The notes beneath the pieces are model-generated. The model did not search any database. It saw only the letters and a list, made by a program, of their open reading frames with translations, and was not told the origin of the DNA. DNA of 64,000 nt, from IMG/VR virus record IMGVR_UViG_3300010965_000258, positions 5,062-69,061 of that record, one strand, 5' to 3'. Within the stretch, counting starts at the first letter, position 1. Each line of letters starts with the position of its first letter. Of this stretch, positions 20,601-29,392 are shown piece by piece. Position numbers and translations under genes: made by a program. Origin of the DNA: a virus (Duplodnaviria > Caudoviricetes).

Positions 20601-23600
20601 TCTTGCTGTTGCTGCACCCTTTAATTCTTTTATTACAATACCGCTAGTCTGTAATGCATTTTTTGCAGCGGTCTGTACCTCTAACAATTTATTTAAAGCA
20701 GTTAATTGTAATACTGTTACTCTGGCACCTGCACGAGCATAAGCGTCTGAGGAAGCTGATTTTAATGAAGACGCTGCTGCCATTGTTCCTACTCCTGGCT
20801 GCCATCCTCTAAATGGGTTATTGTCATAAATTGGTCTATAGGTTGGCATAGCGTGAATACCAGATACTTGTGAACCTCTAATTTGATAATCAGTAAAGCC
20901 TGTGCCTCTTGTACCTGATCCTCTTGTACCAGGTGACTGTTCTCCTTGGAATACCCCTGGTGTGCCTCCTACGGCTACCTGGGAGCCTTTTGCGGACTGT
21001 GCAAGTAACCATGTTTGAGCTGCTGCTCTGACGGCTGGGTTGCCGCTTCTAAGGGCTTTCTTGGCCTGTGCAACAGAACCAAATGTATCTGCAGTAACTG
21101 GTCCATCGCCAGATCCAGTTCCGTAATATCTTACACCAGCAACTGGTCCACCTGAATTTAATTTATTGTTTGGAATTATTCCGCCATCATGTCTTGGAAT
21201 AAATAGCTCTGGTCCTTTTTCACCTACAATGTAAGGGGTATTTTTATTTACTGGTCCGCCTGTCGCTCTTCCAGCAATCCACCTCCTAGTCATTGCGGCT
21301 GCTCTTGGGTCTCTAGGAGCAAATGTTGGATTTAATTTGCCAACTCTGACTCTTCCAGTTAGTTCGTCTATAAGCAAAACTACAGCCTCTCTTAATTTAG
21401 CTGTTGTTGCTCCTCCTTCATGCACTGTGGCAACTCCATTGCCGCTATTAACCCAAATATTTCTTTTGCCTTGACTATTTGGTATGCTGATATCCTTTTT
21501 ATCAGGATACTTTGCAAAGTATCTCTCTGCTATTCTTTTAGCATTAGCATCAAACCAACCAACACTTTTAGTTACCTCAGCATTTTTTGAGGTAGAATAT
21601 CTTGTAACTTCATCTGGCTTGGGAATATCTATGCCTAATTCTGTTCTTAATTTTTCAAGCTTTTTTGAAGCAGCAAATATTTTTGCAGAAGCCTCTACAT
21701 CTTTAAGTGTTGTTAAAACAACTTTTGTTTTTTGTTCTGCTTCTCTAAATGAAAATGCAAATTTTCTAATATCTTCATAATCTAGGGATGTATCATTTAG
21801 AAGTCTTTCTTTTGTAGTCTTAAATATTCTTTCCATATCTGGATCTCTGTAACCTGCAGCTGGGTCCGCTGGTGTAGATAGAGATATTTGTGTAAGAAGC
21901 TCTGCTTTTAATCTTTCTTTTAATCTTTCATCAAGATTCCATCCAGAAAACATTGTTGTTGCTGGTACGCCTCTTATGTGTCCCAGAGCTTGTTCTTTTG
22001 ATAAGTTTGCACGGCTTGCTAATCTTAATTTTTTATTTAAAATTCTTGGTAATGTAAGTATTTGGCTATCTTGAATTAAAAATGTTTGTCCTGGGAATTG
22101 CAAAACGCTTGCTTGCATGTGTGGAGGCAAAGCATCAAATAGTCTTGGAGCATTTTTAATTTGCTCTCCAGTTAATCTCACATTTCCGCTAAAATGTGCT
22201 CCCTCTAAAACCTCACCGCCAGTTAAAAATTTTTGTACTGGAACAATTACTGCTCTACCAGCATTGTAATCTCTAAGCCCTTGTGGGTCTTTTTGAGTTT
22301 GTTTTTTATTGACAACAAATTCTCCTGGTGTGAGCATGGCTGGAACGGTGTCGGTGTTTCCAACTCCTGGAACAAAAGCTCCACCTTCTGCTGTAAATAT
22401 TTCTCCGCCAGTATTTCTTTTTACAATTGGAAGGAATTTTGGTTTAGTTGTTGCAATAGAATATCCTCCGCCAGATGTTCTAACTCCAAGGGCATCAGCA
22501 ATAGCATCTATAGTTGAGGCAGTTCTTCCTGGTCTAAATAATTCTTTCATATTTGACTTGCCTGTGGCGGGATCAATAATTGGTTGGCTTAACAAAGGTA
22601 CTGAAGTTAAATTAATTGATCTGCTTTCTATGGCAGCAATTTGTGAAGAAGTCTGTACCATCATTGCTTCTATTCTTGCATTTAAAGCTACAATTTGTGC
22701 TTGTGCCTGTGCTACAGTTATTGCACCAGCTTCAAGAGCTGCTACTATCTTTGCTCCTTCTTGCGCTGCATGTGTAGTTAGCTTGGTCATTTCTGGCAAT
22801 AATCTTTGATAAGAAGTTGACAGGGATGTTGTGATTCCTCCTGTTGCTGAAACTTCCCTCTTTAATAGAGTAAGCTCTTGCTCAGACTGCATTGCAAGCG
22901 CAGCAGTCATTGAATGCCACTTAGCTGCTTCTGATGCAATGATTCCAGTTGAAGCACCGTTTACTGAAGTTAGTCCAGGAATTAATGGCATGTCCCCAGT
23001 CATATACATCTGTGGGTTTGCGCCAACTTTTCTATTTACTGGTGCTGGATTTGGAACTGTTGAAAATATAGTTTGAGATAATCTTTCTACCTCTGTCATT
23101 TTTGAAACAGGATTTAAGTGTGCCATTGACCTTGAATAAGGCTGTCCTATTAATGGGTGTGACGGATCTGCAACTCTTGTTGAACCCTGCAATATTGGAG
23201 AGCCAGCTATTGTGCTTATTGTTGGTTGTGCAGCAATATTTGCTGCCAATATCTTTCCCTCTAAATCTTTGTAGGCTGCAGCTAAACCATGAAGTGATGT
23301 TTGTAGTGTGGCAGCAGCTTTTGCATCGCTATAAAATGTTTTTTCAATTAAAGATCCAGCTTTTTCTGCAGCCAAAATTTCTGGTGTAAGGTATTTCCAT
23401 CCTTCTCCGCCTTTAAATAAAGCTTTAAAATGGAATAAACCTTTTACTATATATCCAAAAAAGTTAGCAAGCACACCAGTCAACATGATAAGAGGACCAG
23501 CAACTGCTGTTATTCCTCCCAAGAAAGTCAATGCTTTTTTTAATGGGTCTGGGAGTTTACCAAAAAATTTAACAATTCCGTCAATAATATTTAATATTGT

Positions 23601-25148
23601 TGTACCAATTGAAAGGAAAGAGTTTCCAATTTGTGCCATATCTGCTTTAACTGATTCAAGAGCTCTTTTAAATTTTCCAGATGCGGACTCAGTTATTTGT
23701 GCTAATTCTCTAGAAGATAGATTTGCTAAATCTCCTGCAGATGCATTCATTAAATCTAGCACCTGAAGTGTTTGGGACCCCTGCTTTCCAAGATTTGCAA
23801 ATAAAGCATTTAATCTTGAAAATTGAAATTTGCCAAAAAGCTGTTCGATTGCTTGCTGTTTTTGCAATGGATTTAGTTTGTCTAAGGCTGATTGAAGAGC
23901 CATTATTGTGCCAGTCAAGTTACCAGCATTTTTTTCTACTATCTCAGTAAGGTCAATTCCAAAATCTGCAAACATTGCTTTTGCAACTTTTGTTGGATTA
24001 ATTAATGAAGCAAGAGCAGACTTAAGAGCATTAGCTCCTTCAGAAGCATTAATTCCTCCTTCTTTCATTGCAACCAATAACAATGAAAGATCTTTTACGC
24101 TGCCTCCCATTGCTTGAATTACGGGACCAGCTTTAGGTATTGCAGTAACTAAATCATTTAGTGTTGTAGATGTTTGGTTTTCTACTGCGTTTAAAAAATC
24201 AATTGATTGCGTAAGTTCATCTGTACTTTGCTTAAATGTACTTTGAATTGCAAGGGTTGCTTTCATTGCTTCTGCATGCTCAACCTCACCAAGAATTGCA
24301 AGTCTTGTTGTTTGAACTGTTGAATCTAAGAGGTCTTGGCCTTGTTTTCCAGTCGCAGCTATATCGGCAGCCAGTCCGATTGTTGCAGTATAAGATGCTC
24401 CATACTGGGCTGCTAATTCTTTTGCAGTTGCCGAAACTTCATTTCTTATCTTTTTTAGATCGGCTGCGCTTGTAGCAGCAAGTCCGCCATAAACTTTTGT
24501 AAGTCTAACTAATTCTTTATCTGCTTCTAAGAATGCTTTTGATGCTGCCTGGCCAAACATTGCAAGAGGCAGTGTCAAGCCAACTGTTAGCTGTCTACCA
24601 GCCCACTGTGTATTTTTACCCCAGTTAATTAATTGGTTTGCACCATCTTGCATTACTTTATTTAATATTTTTGCTTGCATTGCAGCAAGCGCTGTTTTGT
24701 TTGCTATGGTATCTAGGCCTTGTGCAACATGCACATTATATTGCATTAACCCTTGGGCATTTTTGCCCAAGGGTTGTATGACTGCATTTTGTAATGTTAC
24801 TTGCTGTTGGGCTAGCTGCCTTATTAGGCCACCAGAAGTTTTTGCATGATCCTGCCAAGTTTTAAAATATCTACTTAATTTTAATTTTCCAGAATCTAAG
24901 TTTCTTCCAAAATTTTCTACGTCTGAGTTTAGGGTTACAAAGTGTGTAGCAAATTGTCCAGTACTTCTCATATTTTCTGCGAATGCACGATTCATTACAG
25001 AAACTTGATTTTGGAATACTTTGTTTGTGCCTATAACTGTTTGCTGAAGTTGTAGTAACTGGGAAGTTACTGCTGATAGCTGAGATGTTAAAGAAGAGAA
25101 GTTGGCAGTAGCTACTATGTTAGTATTAATAAACTGCGGTGCTGACAT
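14682..25148 (-). CDS. tape measure protein (TP901-type core) with accessory cassettes (zincin, ART-like)
   Basis: 3488 aa following the tail chaperones; TP901-like core (LNAVENQTSTTLNDL...GINASEGANALKS); GPGTATSDSIPAMLSNGEYVI and YIVGEKGPELFIP TMP motifs. Confidence 0.95.
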   Translation of the reverse strand: MSAPQFINTNIVATANFSSLTSQLSAVTSQLLQLQQTVIGTNKVFQNQVSVMNRAFAENMRSTGQFATHFVTLNSDVENFGRNLDSGKLKLSRYFKTWQDHAKTSGGLIRQLAQQQVTLQNAVIQPLGKNAQGLMQYNVHVAQGLDTIANKTALAAMQAKILNKVMQDGANQLINWGKNTQWAGRQLTVGLTLPLAMFGQAASKAFLEADKELVRLTKVYGGLAATSAADLKKIRNEVSATAKELAAQYGASYTATIGLAADIAATGKQGQDLLDSTVQTTRLAILGEVEHAEAMKATLAIQSTFKQSTDELTQSIDFLNAVENQTSTTLNDLVTAIPKAGPVIQAMGGSVKDLSLLLVAMKEGGINASEGANALKSALASLINPTKVAKAMFADFGIDLTEIVEKNAGNLTGTIMALQSALDKLNPLQKQQAIEQLFGKFQFSRLNALFANLGKQGSQTLQVLDLMNASAGDLANLSSRELAQITESASGKFKRALESVKADMAQIGNSFLSIGTTILNIIDGIVKFFGKLPDPLKKALTFLGGITAVAGPLIMLTGVLANFFGYIVKGLFHFKALFKGGEGWKYLTPEILAAEKAGSLIEKTFYSDAKAAATLQTSLHGLAAAYKDLEGKILAANIAAQPTISTIAGSPILQGSTRVADPSHPLIGQPYSRSMAHLNPVSKMTEVERLSQTIFSTVPNPAPVNRKVGANPQMYMTGDMPLIPGLTSVNGASTGIIASEAAKWHSMTAALAMQSEQELTLLKREVSATGGITTSLSTSYQRLLPEMTKLTTHAAQEGAKIVAALEAGAITVAQAQAQIVALNARIEAMMVQTSSQIAAIESRSINLTSVPLLSQPIIDPATGKSNMKELFRPGRTASTIDAIADALGVRTSGGGYSIATTKPKFLPIVKRNTGGEIFTAEGGAFVPGVGNTDTVPAMLTPGEFVVNKKQTQKDPQGLRDYNAGRAVIVPVQKFLTGGEVLEGAHFSGNVRLTGEQIKNAPRLFDALPPHMQASVLQFPGQTFLIQDSQILTLPRILNKKLRLASRANLSKEQALGHIRGVPATTMFSGWNLDERLKERLKAELLTQISLSTPADPAAGYRDPDMERIFKTTKERLLNDTSLDYEDIRKFAFSFREAEQKTKVVLTTLKDVEASAKIFAASKKLEKLRTELGIDIPKPDEVTRYSTSKNAEVTKSVGWFDANAKRIAERYFAKYPDKKDISIPNSQGKRNIWVNSGNGVATVHEGGATTAKLREAVVLLIDELTGRVRVGKLNPTFAPRDPRAAAMTRRWIAGRATGGPVNKNTPYIVGEKGPELFIPRHDGGIIPNNKLNSGGPVAGVRYYGTGSGDGPVTADTFGSVAQAKKALRSGNPAVRAAAQTWLLAQSAKGSQVAVGGTPGVFQGEQSPGTRGSGTRGTGFTDYQIRGSQVSGIHAMPTYRPIYDNNPFRGWQPGVGTMAAASSLKSASSDAYARAGARVTVLQLTALNKLLEVQTAAKNALQTSGIVIKELKGAATARLSDAYARSTYRPTSWRELSPFNPTGYNARRVPGQPFGASLGNHPFAVSMAASAGGMYAASKIKNPAIAGIISTMAGVLPFMLPQMLMQKKGAKAALLNDEARLLAERNGTTIAQERQALVAKQQAEKAAAQAARTSALASKTGMGARVAAGAEKGILALMLAQGAKAAGLFARIGPIIFRIASILKSLSIPGAILTALLLIGKYFWDAHKAAQAAIQAQSDSFKLNEKQAKQAGIAYVDFKKKVEDVREQQRLMMEAGRIALQANKNSSIGGLVFSYQELKKATKDAKKNMPDVVKMFDDLNFDQVADAAANLKVQFVSQGMSAEKAAIKIYGIVAASNKAGQAADAISTKAFMDIQDKSTAATASVQGLAKAIKSDLDAKVIVSSFEAMVSAVDASTKALIGTKDETGKVITEAEALEATFKQIHSTQQGNVQLGEDGLKALQEQNPLLIGILNKNDTIAGTYAKMRLVLQGIGGDLSAVNSKTAQAMLLVKEGIDSAALAMATGTDEQGVQVQSGNLTALVTLVNHYKKASLAAALASTSAAKKAADGNKEEIKSIQEKIAAINDEADARKRALEQQTSTEDAKIQLKKLQLDYQDAIATGNTKDAAQIQLSIRQLVLQTNKTQALAAIEEKRNADLKIQNALLAKAQEKANAAQLKATNQSTAAQNAANTLSAIQSIQSTIASLISQRATADPTTEAGKLVIAGLDSQFKKQLAELTKYGTLGKNAANALSPSGIYNAKLPSSDYGASLAKLSADALATASSKFVGGVDKFALYVDKLSGTSGLAYSEPTEFKKLKLKGQDIGFEATYMRFSSGDGKKNIQVAVTKGDTDDAYNAYIKNGWKFIEYSLDKNKNPEYNYFKYNPKNNIPKAATGGQILHYGPGGGVDGPGTATSDSIPAMLSNGEYVIRASSVEHYGTDLFDKLNTQRLHKGGKVHKHPKLTPLSEIGETTKSQIKYLEDWTALLNTYYGAKYKDLLSLPEGQSIVSKLDIAKILDGSTKRQSPQSWAEDADHINGNWDGANRTITMGLANSLNPMLNPNPLYIPGTLDDLHAVKATTSKNQSPINFLEGIAKNVQNNPYSRMEVLNTLFHEFGHALQSSLNAKQSYSQTLMGLNDPKGISNIETSADLMSGGIFKEMYQNGYIPQVTDSILQKIFSSKILTGTATQLPAFGQTSWHPSNENFRFATWAKGFQVGDTAALDDSFVSRTQRLTSGDSEFKPIKFADIANLEAAKAAITAAMIPMGFHRGGQVGHQHTGEPAKPQLKYFPWRPDLPNYWSNGKPTGSPWTGRWGELRYSPSNGKDIWGGTEIPGLPFSGKFAQHSDYWHQMTEQPNKSSGPGMGIDKYTPPLVGSGASAMTGGLLGGGGGNMIGFHKGGLAEAGHKHGVAGLWNKFKNQANQSLTGSIAADVLSQAGYLGQLALSGLAKNIVPKPTKEQDKSFQEFTGIPQIYRAFTGKTSEGPIGQLDATAGKVTDWAGALTFFTPWRSSGRIATNAAGSAAASAAVPTVPLSPMEMFRGQFPALDPSMLPKGTVSTGTKIKPWELQTYQKILARHYLAKKPDPRTLTQHEVAVLAAQKVPGFENLRVHTDHTADSIADQLHLNKTFNYTAPLTRSESSLEELLTKSLFHGGNLPTTGGKVDLKNRTGLNSWYGGQMFAAEDYRQALAYLLKSPDNSVYSIQSALKKEDVIDLRHNANTLASQQPFVFAKLLRDIESGKIALQDHQSKDFVISSLIGQEGGRYPHASATGALRDKIFQLYFKDISPWLAENGIKAIAHRNGTRVAIPEIGTSVSDNPTRVQDFNQLGTDALAYTTVENSIGAIKKHTITSQQVKDIVARIEATKSDLKSSKIEAEIMALLRDSTEIPRKAMGGLMVPQAKDWSNKTKFATGGMINKAKYNLPAPSVSINKSMMPNSNNSAVHHYDVGGLVVNAQPGQDEKTIATMVVSMLDQKNMMREAMYGRQRSMSGGN

Positions 25149-25151
25149 TTA

Positions 25152-25523
25152 CTACTCCTTCGAGTACCCTAATCCTGCTCCGATACCAAATCCACTTTCT
25201 GCTGCCATTTGACCCTGTAGCGAAACAATGTCATCTTTACTGGCTTCTATTCCAAGTGCTTTTAGTCTTACATCATCAAAGGTTGGGCCTTCTGCTTCTT
25301 CTTTATCTTTTCCTAACTCTATACCTTGTATAGCTGCTAAGAAAATTCTTTTATCTTCTTCAGTCTTTGTCATAGACTTTAACGTTTGTATTAATTCTGG
25401 CATTGAGAGATTTTCTTCTAGTTCTTCATAATTCTTCCAGTGTCCTAAAAGAAAAACATCTCCTTCTAAAGCGGCTAGATCTAGTTCTGACCAGCTAGAA
25501 CTTGAGCCGCTAGAAGGTTTGGG
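25152..25523 (-). CDS. tail assembly chaperone, -1 frameshift extension (gpGT-like)
   Basis: The -1 frame is open from the slippery site through WSELDLAALEGDVFLLGHWKNYEELEENLSMPEL into ORF 25152-25403. Confidence 0.8.
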   Translation of the reverse strand, partial: PKPSSGSSSSWSELDLAALEGDVFLLGHWKNYEELEENLSMPELIQTLKSMTKTEEDKRIFLAAIQGIELGKDKEEAEGPTFDDVRLKALGIEASKDDIVSLQGQMAAESGFGIGAGLGYSKE

Positions 25524-25813
25524 TCGTCCATCTTAATTCCGCCGCAAACTTCAAGAATGCGATTGATTGTTGGAACATCCAAAACATCTTCGAATGCATC
25601 TCTGTCTGCTACTAATTCTGGTAGCTGCTTTTCTAATGCTACTGCACATGCATCAATAAGAATTGATAGTGTCTCATCTTCTGTAGTAACTTCAGATGTC
25701 TTCTGAATAGCTGCCATAAACTTTCGAAGCTCTTTAATTGTTAAAGGCTTTAGCTTAACTATTGCGCCATTTTGTAACTTAATTTCTTCTACGTCATATA
25801 CTGTAGATGCCAT
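25481..25813 (-). CDS. tail assembly chaperone (gpG-like)
   Basis: 110 aa between the major tail gene and TMP; LKPLTIKELRKF motif; AGGAGG RBS. Confidence 0.85.
   Translation of the reverse strand: MASTVYDVEEIKLQNGAIVKLKPLTIKELRKFMAAIQKTSEVTTEDETLSILIDACAVALEKQLPELVADRDAFEDVLDVPTINRILEVCGGIKMDDPNLLAAQVLAGQN
25517..25523 (-). other. programmed -1 ribosomal frameshift heptamer C-CCA-AAC
   Basis: In-phase X XXY YYZ (GAC CCA AAC) 12 codons before the gpG stop; the -1 frame opens just upstream. Confidence 0.8.
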
Positions 25814-25871
25814 TATTTATCCTCCTAGGATTGTCTTAATTATTGTATCATATTCATTTTATCACTACAAG

Positions 25872-25903
25872 TAGAAAGCCCCTGATTTCTCAGGGGCTTT
25901 CTA
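25872..25903 (-). terminator. intrinsic terminator after major tail gene
   Basis: Perfect 14-bp stem TAGAAAGCCCCTGA / TCAGGGGCTTTCTA with a 4-nt loop. Confidence 0.8.
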
Positions 25904-25916
25904 TTAATTAAATTAA

Positions 25917-26588
25917 TTAATCGTTTGCTGGGCTAGTTAGAACACGATCAATAATCTTACCGTATTCTTTTCCTGTGTACGCTGCGTCTGGAAGCAGACG
26001 GAATGTAACTGGGAATACTGTTGGATTATTACGTGCTAGTGTAAACTGTGATTGCTGTACTGAAAGCACACGGCGACCATAGTATACACGCTCTGTCTTA
26101 GTAGACACTGTTGTTGGAGCATTTCCAATTGCGACTAGCTGGCGCTCTGTTGGTGCAATACCAAGAGCTCCTGCTGCCATTCCAAGTGTCTGGTCTGTAC
26201 CAGCTGCTAAATCTGCTGAAAGTGTAGTTGATCCCTGACCGAATACTGCAAGAACGTTCTCGAGAGTACCTTCTGCTAATTCTGTAGCGATCATAACTTC
26301 CATTGACTCCTTGAAAAGCTTTGCTGTATCAAGAAGCTGATCGACAGTTACTGAACCGTAAGTTGGGTTGTATGTAATCTGAAGACCATTGTTTGTGTAA
26401 CCTACATTGCGGAACTTTGTTGTTGCTGCATCGAGTGTTTTTGCTGCTGACTTACCTTGCACAAGTGCTACTCCACCAGATGCTCCATCTAACATGTTTT
26501 CTACGTAATCGTTATCAGTTGAATCTTTTACTGAAAGATACAGTGGTGATGCTCCTACGAGAATATTTTTGGCTGTATTAAATGCCAT
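25917..26588 (-). CDS. major tail (tube) protein
   Basis: 223 aa; GYTNNGLQITYNP...VDQLLD...ATELAEGTLEN and FPVTFRLLPD motifs; GGAGG RBS; followed by a terminator. Confidence 0.9.
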   Translation of the reverse strand: MAFNTAKNILVGASPLYLSVKDSTDNDYVENMLDGASGGVALVQGKSAAKTLDAATTKFRNVGYTNNGLQITYNPTYGSVTVDQLLDTAKLFKESMEVMIATELAEGTLENVLAVFGQGSTTLSADLAAGTDQTLGMAAGALGIAPTERQLVAIGNAPTTVSTKTERVYYGRRVLSVQQSQFTLARNNPTVFPVTFRLLPDAAYTGKEYGKIIDRVLTSPAND

Positions 26589-26678
26589 TTTTTCGACCTC
26601 CTATGTAATTCTTAAATTTTGGTTGGCTAGACCCTTTCCTCTGTTCTAATAATAGTGCACTTGGCACCTAAAAGCAAG

Positions 26679-27188
26679 TTAAATAAATCTGCCAGCCGAA
26701 TTAGATTCTCTGGAATACTTAACCTCTAAGACTATATCCGTTCCCAAAAAGCCTTGAATTTCCTCTGAGGGTGAGACTGGGGATATGTCTATCATGGTGA
26801 TAGTATGGAATTTAAATGTATTTGAAATTTCTCCCGACCTATTTACATCCCTGGCCGATTCGTCCATTCTTCTAAATAGGTCAACCATCAAATTTCTAAT
26901 CTCGTTTATTTCGGATATATCTGTTGCATATATGCAAAATAATATCTGCTCATCACATATGGCCCAAAGGTCATCATAGGACATCTTTATTTTGTCATAG
27001 ACAATATGCTTTTTCCCGCTCAAAAATTGATTAAGTTCTGGTTGTTGCTGTACGGGTATGATAGGAATTATTTCTTTATCTAAACTATCAATAAAATAGT
27101 CGTGTCTATCAAAAACATTATGTTGTTTTAATTGGGCCCATAGATATTTCCTGATATCCGATGTGACGTCTAGCTTGTAATTTGTCAT
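26679..27188 (-). CDS. tail terminator-like protein
   Basis: 169 aa directly upstream of the major tail gene. Confidence 0.65.
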   Translation of the reverse strand: MTNYKLDVTSDIRKYLWAQLKQHNVFDRHDYFIDSLDKEIIPIIPVQQQPELNQFLSGKKHIVYDKIKMSYDDLWAICDEQILFCIYATDISEINEIRNLMVDLFRRMDESARDVNRSGEISNTFKFHTITMIDISPVSPSEEIQGFLGTDIVLEVKYSRESNSAGRFI

Positions 27189-27976
27189 AATGATCCTCCA
27201 AACGCAGCTGCCACTGATGCATCAGCCTCTACTCTAATTTTATTTGCTGCAAATGAGTATTGTATTCTTTTTATGCTTGCTGGTATTTTTAAAGCCTTGG
27301 CTGTCTTTATATTAAATATTTTTTCAAATCCTGAATTTTTAATTGATTGACTGATTAGTGGTCCGCTAAACCATCTACTATACTGTAAAGTAAATGCATT
27401 TGAGCTTGCTGATCCACCTGGCCTATTTGCTATTACAGATTGTCCTTTTGGCATATATACCGTTTCTCCATTAATTTCAAATACAAGTCTTTCTGCACTC
27501 TTTGGGGATATAACCACTGGTTGATTTTTTTCCATAATAGATGCTTTCCTAGAAAATATATATCTTTTATGTTGCCCCTTATTATCATTTGGAACAAACG
27601 ACCTAGATAGAAGAAACTCTGGTCTTACTTGAAAAGACAAAGTGTTTGAATTTATTGGATTCAATATAAATAATCTTGCTGTAGGGTCTCCAGTTTTTCC
27701 CCATTCATAGACATGGTGCAATGACTTTGGTTTCATTCTAGCTTGCGAGTCTACATATAAAGAAAAATCTTTTTCAATTTGATTAAATATGGTATTTTGA
27801 AAAAGGCTTTTAAATTTTTGATTTGTTGTTAGCTGGGCAATTACATTAGCCTGAAAGTACAAGAAGGCCGATATCTGTGCTACGTTGCTATCTTTAAGTA
27901 CGCCAGTTTTAGGTGCGCCAACCATGAGTCGCTCTAGGCCACTTGATACTTGAATTAAAGCTACATTAGATTCCAA
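27185..27976 (-). CDS. neck/tail completion-region protein
   Basis: 263 aa; LHHVYEWG motif; position in the head-tail joining block. Confidence 0.65.
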   Translation of the reverse strand: MESNVALIQVSSGLERLMVGAPKTGVLKDSNVAQISAFLYFQANVIAQLTTNQKFKSLFQNTIFNQIEKDFSLYVDSQARMKPKSLHHVYEWGKTGDPTARLFILNPINSNTLSFQVRPEFLLSRSFVPNDNKGQHKRYIFSRKASIMEKNQPVVISPKSAERLVFEINGETVYMPKGQSVIANRPGGSASSNAFTLQYSRWFSGPLISQSIKNSGFEKIFNIKTAKALKIPASIKRIQYSFAANKIRVEADASVAAAFGGSL

Positions 27977-28394
27977 TTATCTGGTTCTCCGATCTTTTGA
28001 GAACTGAATTATATCCAAGTATTGTTCCAAAGGGATCTACAATCGGAGTGGAGCTTGTTACTTCAAAAACTGTTGGCGTCTCTGTTGGAAAATTTAGCTC
28101 TTTCCAAATTACCTGATCATTGCTGTCTCTCACATTTGAAATTTTATGTCTATATGTTACTTTTGACTCTGTTCTAAATTCAATAACCTGTTCGTTGATA
28201 TACTTAGATCCAATCATCTGTCTATCTCCGCTTCTTGAGCTTCCAGAGTTACTTATTATACCCTTTGCATGGCATGGGACTGTGTGAGAATAAGACCATT
28301 CTTTTTTTAAAGCGCCTGTGTCCTCATCTTGAATCTCAGATTGGCTATAGATATCTGCCCTCATTACAAGAATAGAGTCTACTAGGTTATTCAT
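27966..28394 (-). CDS. head-tail stopper/adaptor-like protein
   Basis: 142 aa; position in the block; TVPCHAKG and FEVTSSTPIVDPFG motifs. Confidence 0.65.
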   Translation of the reverse strand: MNNLVDSILVMRADIYSQSEIQDEDTGALKKEWSYSHTVPCHAKGIISNSGSSRSGDRQMIGSKYINEQVIEFRTESKVTYRHKISNVRDSNDQVIWKELNFPTETPTVFEVTSSTPIVDPFGTILGYNSVLKRSENQIIGI

Positions 28395-28395
28395 T

Positions 28396-29376
28396 TTATA
28401 TCAAAACCATTTTGTTTATTGTATAAGGCAATAGTAATTGGTCTACATAGTTATTACCAGTACCAGAAAATGTTGAGCTGTTGTACTCAAACTGCCAGTC
28501 AAAAGTACTAATATTTTTTATGTATTTATTTCTCCACACTTTATCTTTAGAGAAATAGTCTTTCATTAATTCTACGCAAGCTACCTGTATATTATTAGGA
28601 ACATGCTCCCAACCAAAAACTGCTTGTATCACATACCTAGTATCTTTTCTAAAAAACCCAAGGCCGACTTCATTAATCATTGGTGGTACAAGACCATTTG
28701 CAACATAAACAGTCTGATCTAAATAGGCACCTCTATCTATTTTTATTCCAAATTTAGTCTCTGATATTTTTGGAAGAACGCTAAGTGCATTCATTTGCTG
28801 TCCAGTGTAAGTGCTATAAGATAGCACATCGTTAATATAAATTTCTTTTAATTCAACAACCCTCATTGGAGATGGCATGATATCTGAGTTATCCCCATAC
28901 ATTACATAGCTGTCTTGGTAGGAATTAAAACTTTGTCCTGTCTGAGACTCGATCATTTTTCTTGCATATCTTTCTGCAAGCTGTAGCTCATTTAAAGTTT
29001 TATTATTTTCATCATTATAATCCCAGCCCAATTCAAGCTCTTCGAGAACTTCAATTAAATCAACATATGGCTGTGTGACAAATATCTGCTGCTTCTTTAC
29101 AATATCTTGCCCATTAATCCTATACTTCCAAGAAGCTTCGATCTGCCTTTGAGTATTGACAAGATAATTAGGCAATGTAACTTCATATGCGCCTATATCT
29201 GTTTCTATTTTCAAAGCATTAAATGTTGCTTGAAGTACATGTGTAAGAGTCTGCTCAATTGGATCTTTTTCGACATAATAAATGTCTACAGCAACTAGGC
29301 CATCTGGGTCAATTGACTCCCCGCCATAAATAACTTTATGTTTTAATGGTGCGCTTAATCCAACTAATATTTCCAT
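28396..29376 (-). CDS. head-to-tail adaptor
   Basis: 326 aa; LAERYARKMIESQTGQSF and FGWEHVPNNIQVACVEL gp6/gp15-like motifs. Confidence 0.75.
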   Translation of the reverse strand: MEILVGLSAPLKHKVIYGGESIDPDGLVAVDIYYVEKDPIEQTLTHVLQATFNALKIETDIGAYEVTLPNYLVNTQRQIEASWKYRINGQDIVKKQQIFVTQPYVDLIEVLEELELGWDYNDENNKTLNELQLAERYARKMIESQTGQSFNSYQDSYVMYGDNSDIMPSPMRVVELKEIYINDVLSYSTYTGQQMNALSVLPKISETKFGIKIDRGAYLDQTVYVANGLVPPMINEVGLGFFRKDTRYVIQAVFGWEHVPNNIQVACVELMKDYFSKDKVWRNKYIKNISTFDWQFEYNSSTFSGTGNNYVDQLLLPYTINKMVLI

Positions 29377-29392
29377 TAATTAATGTTTGCGT

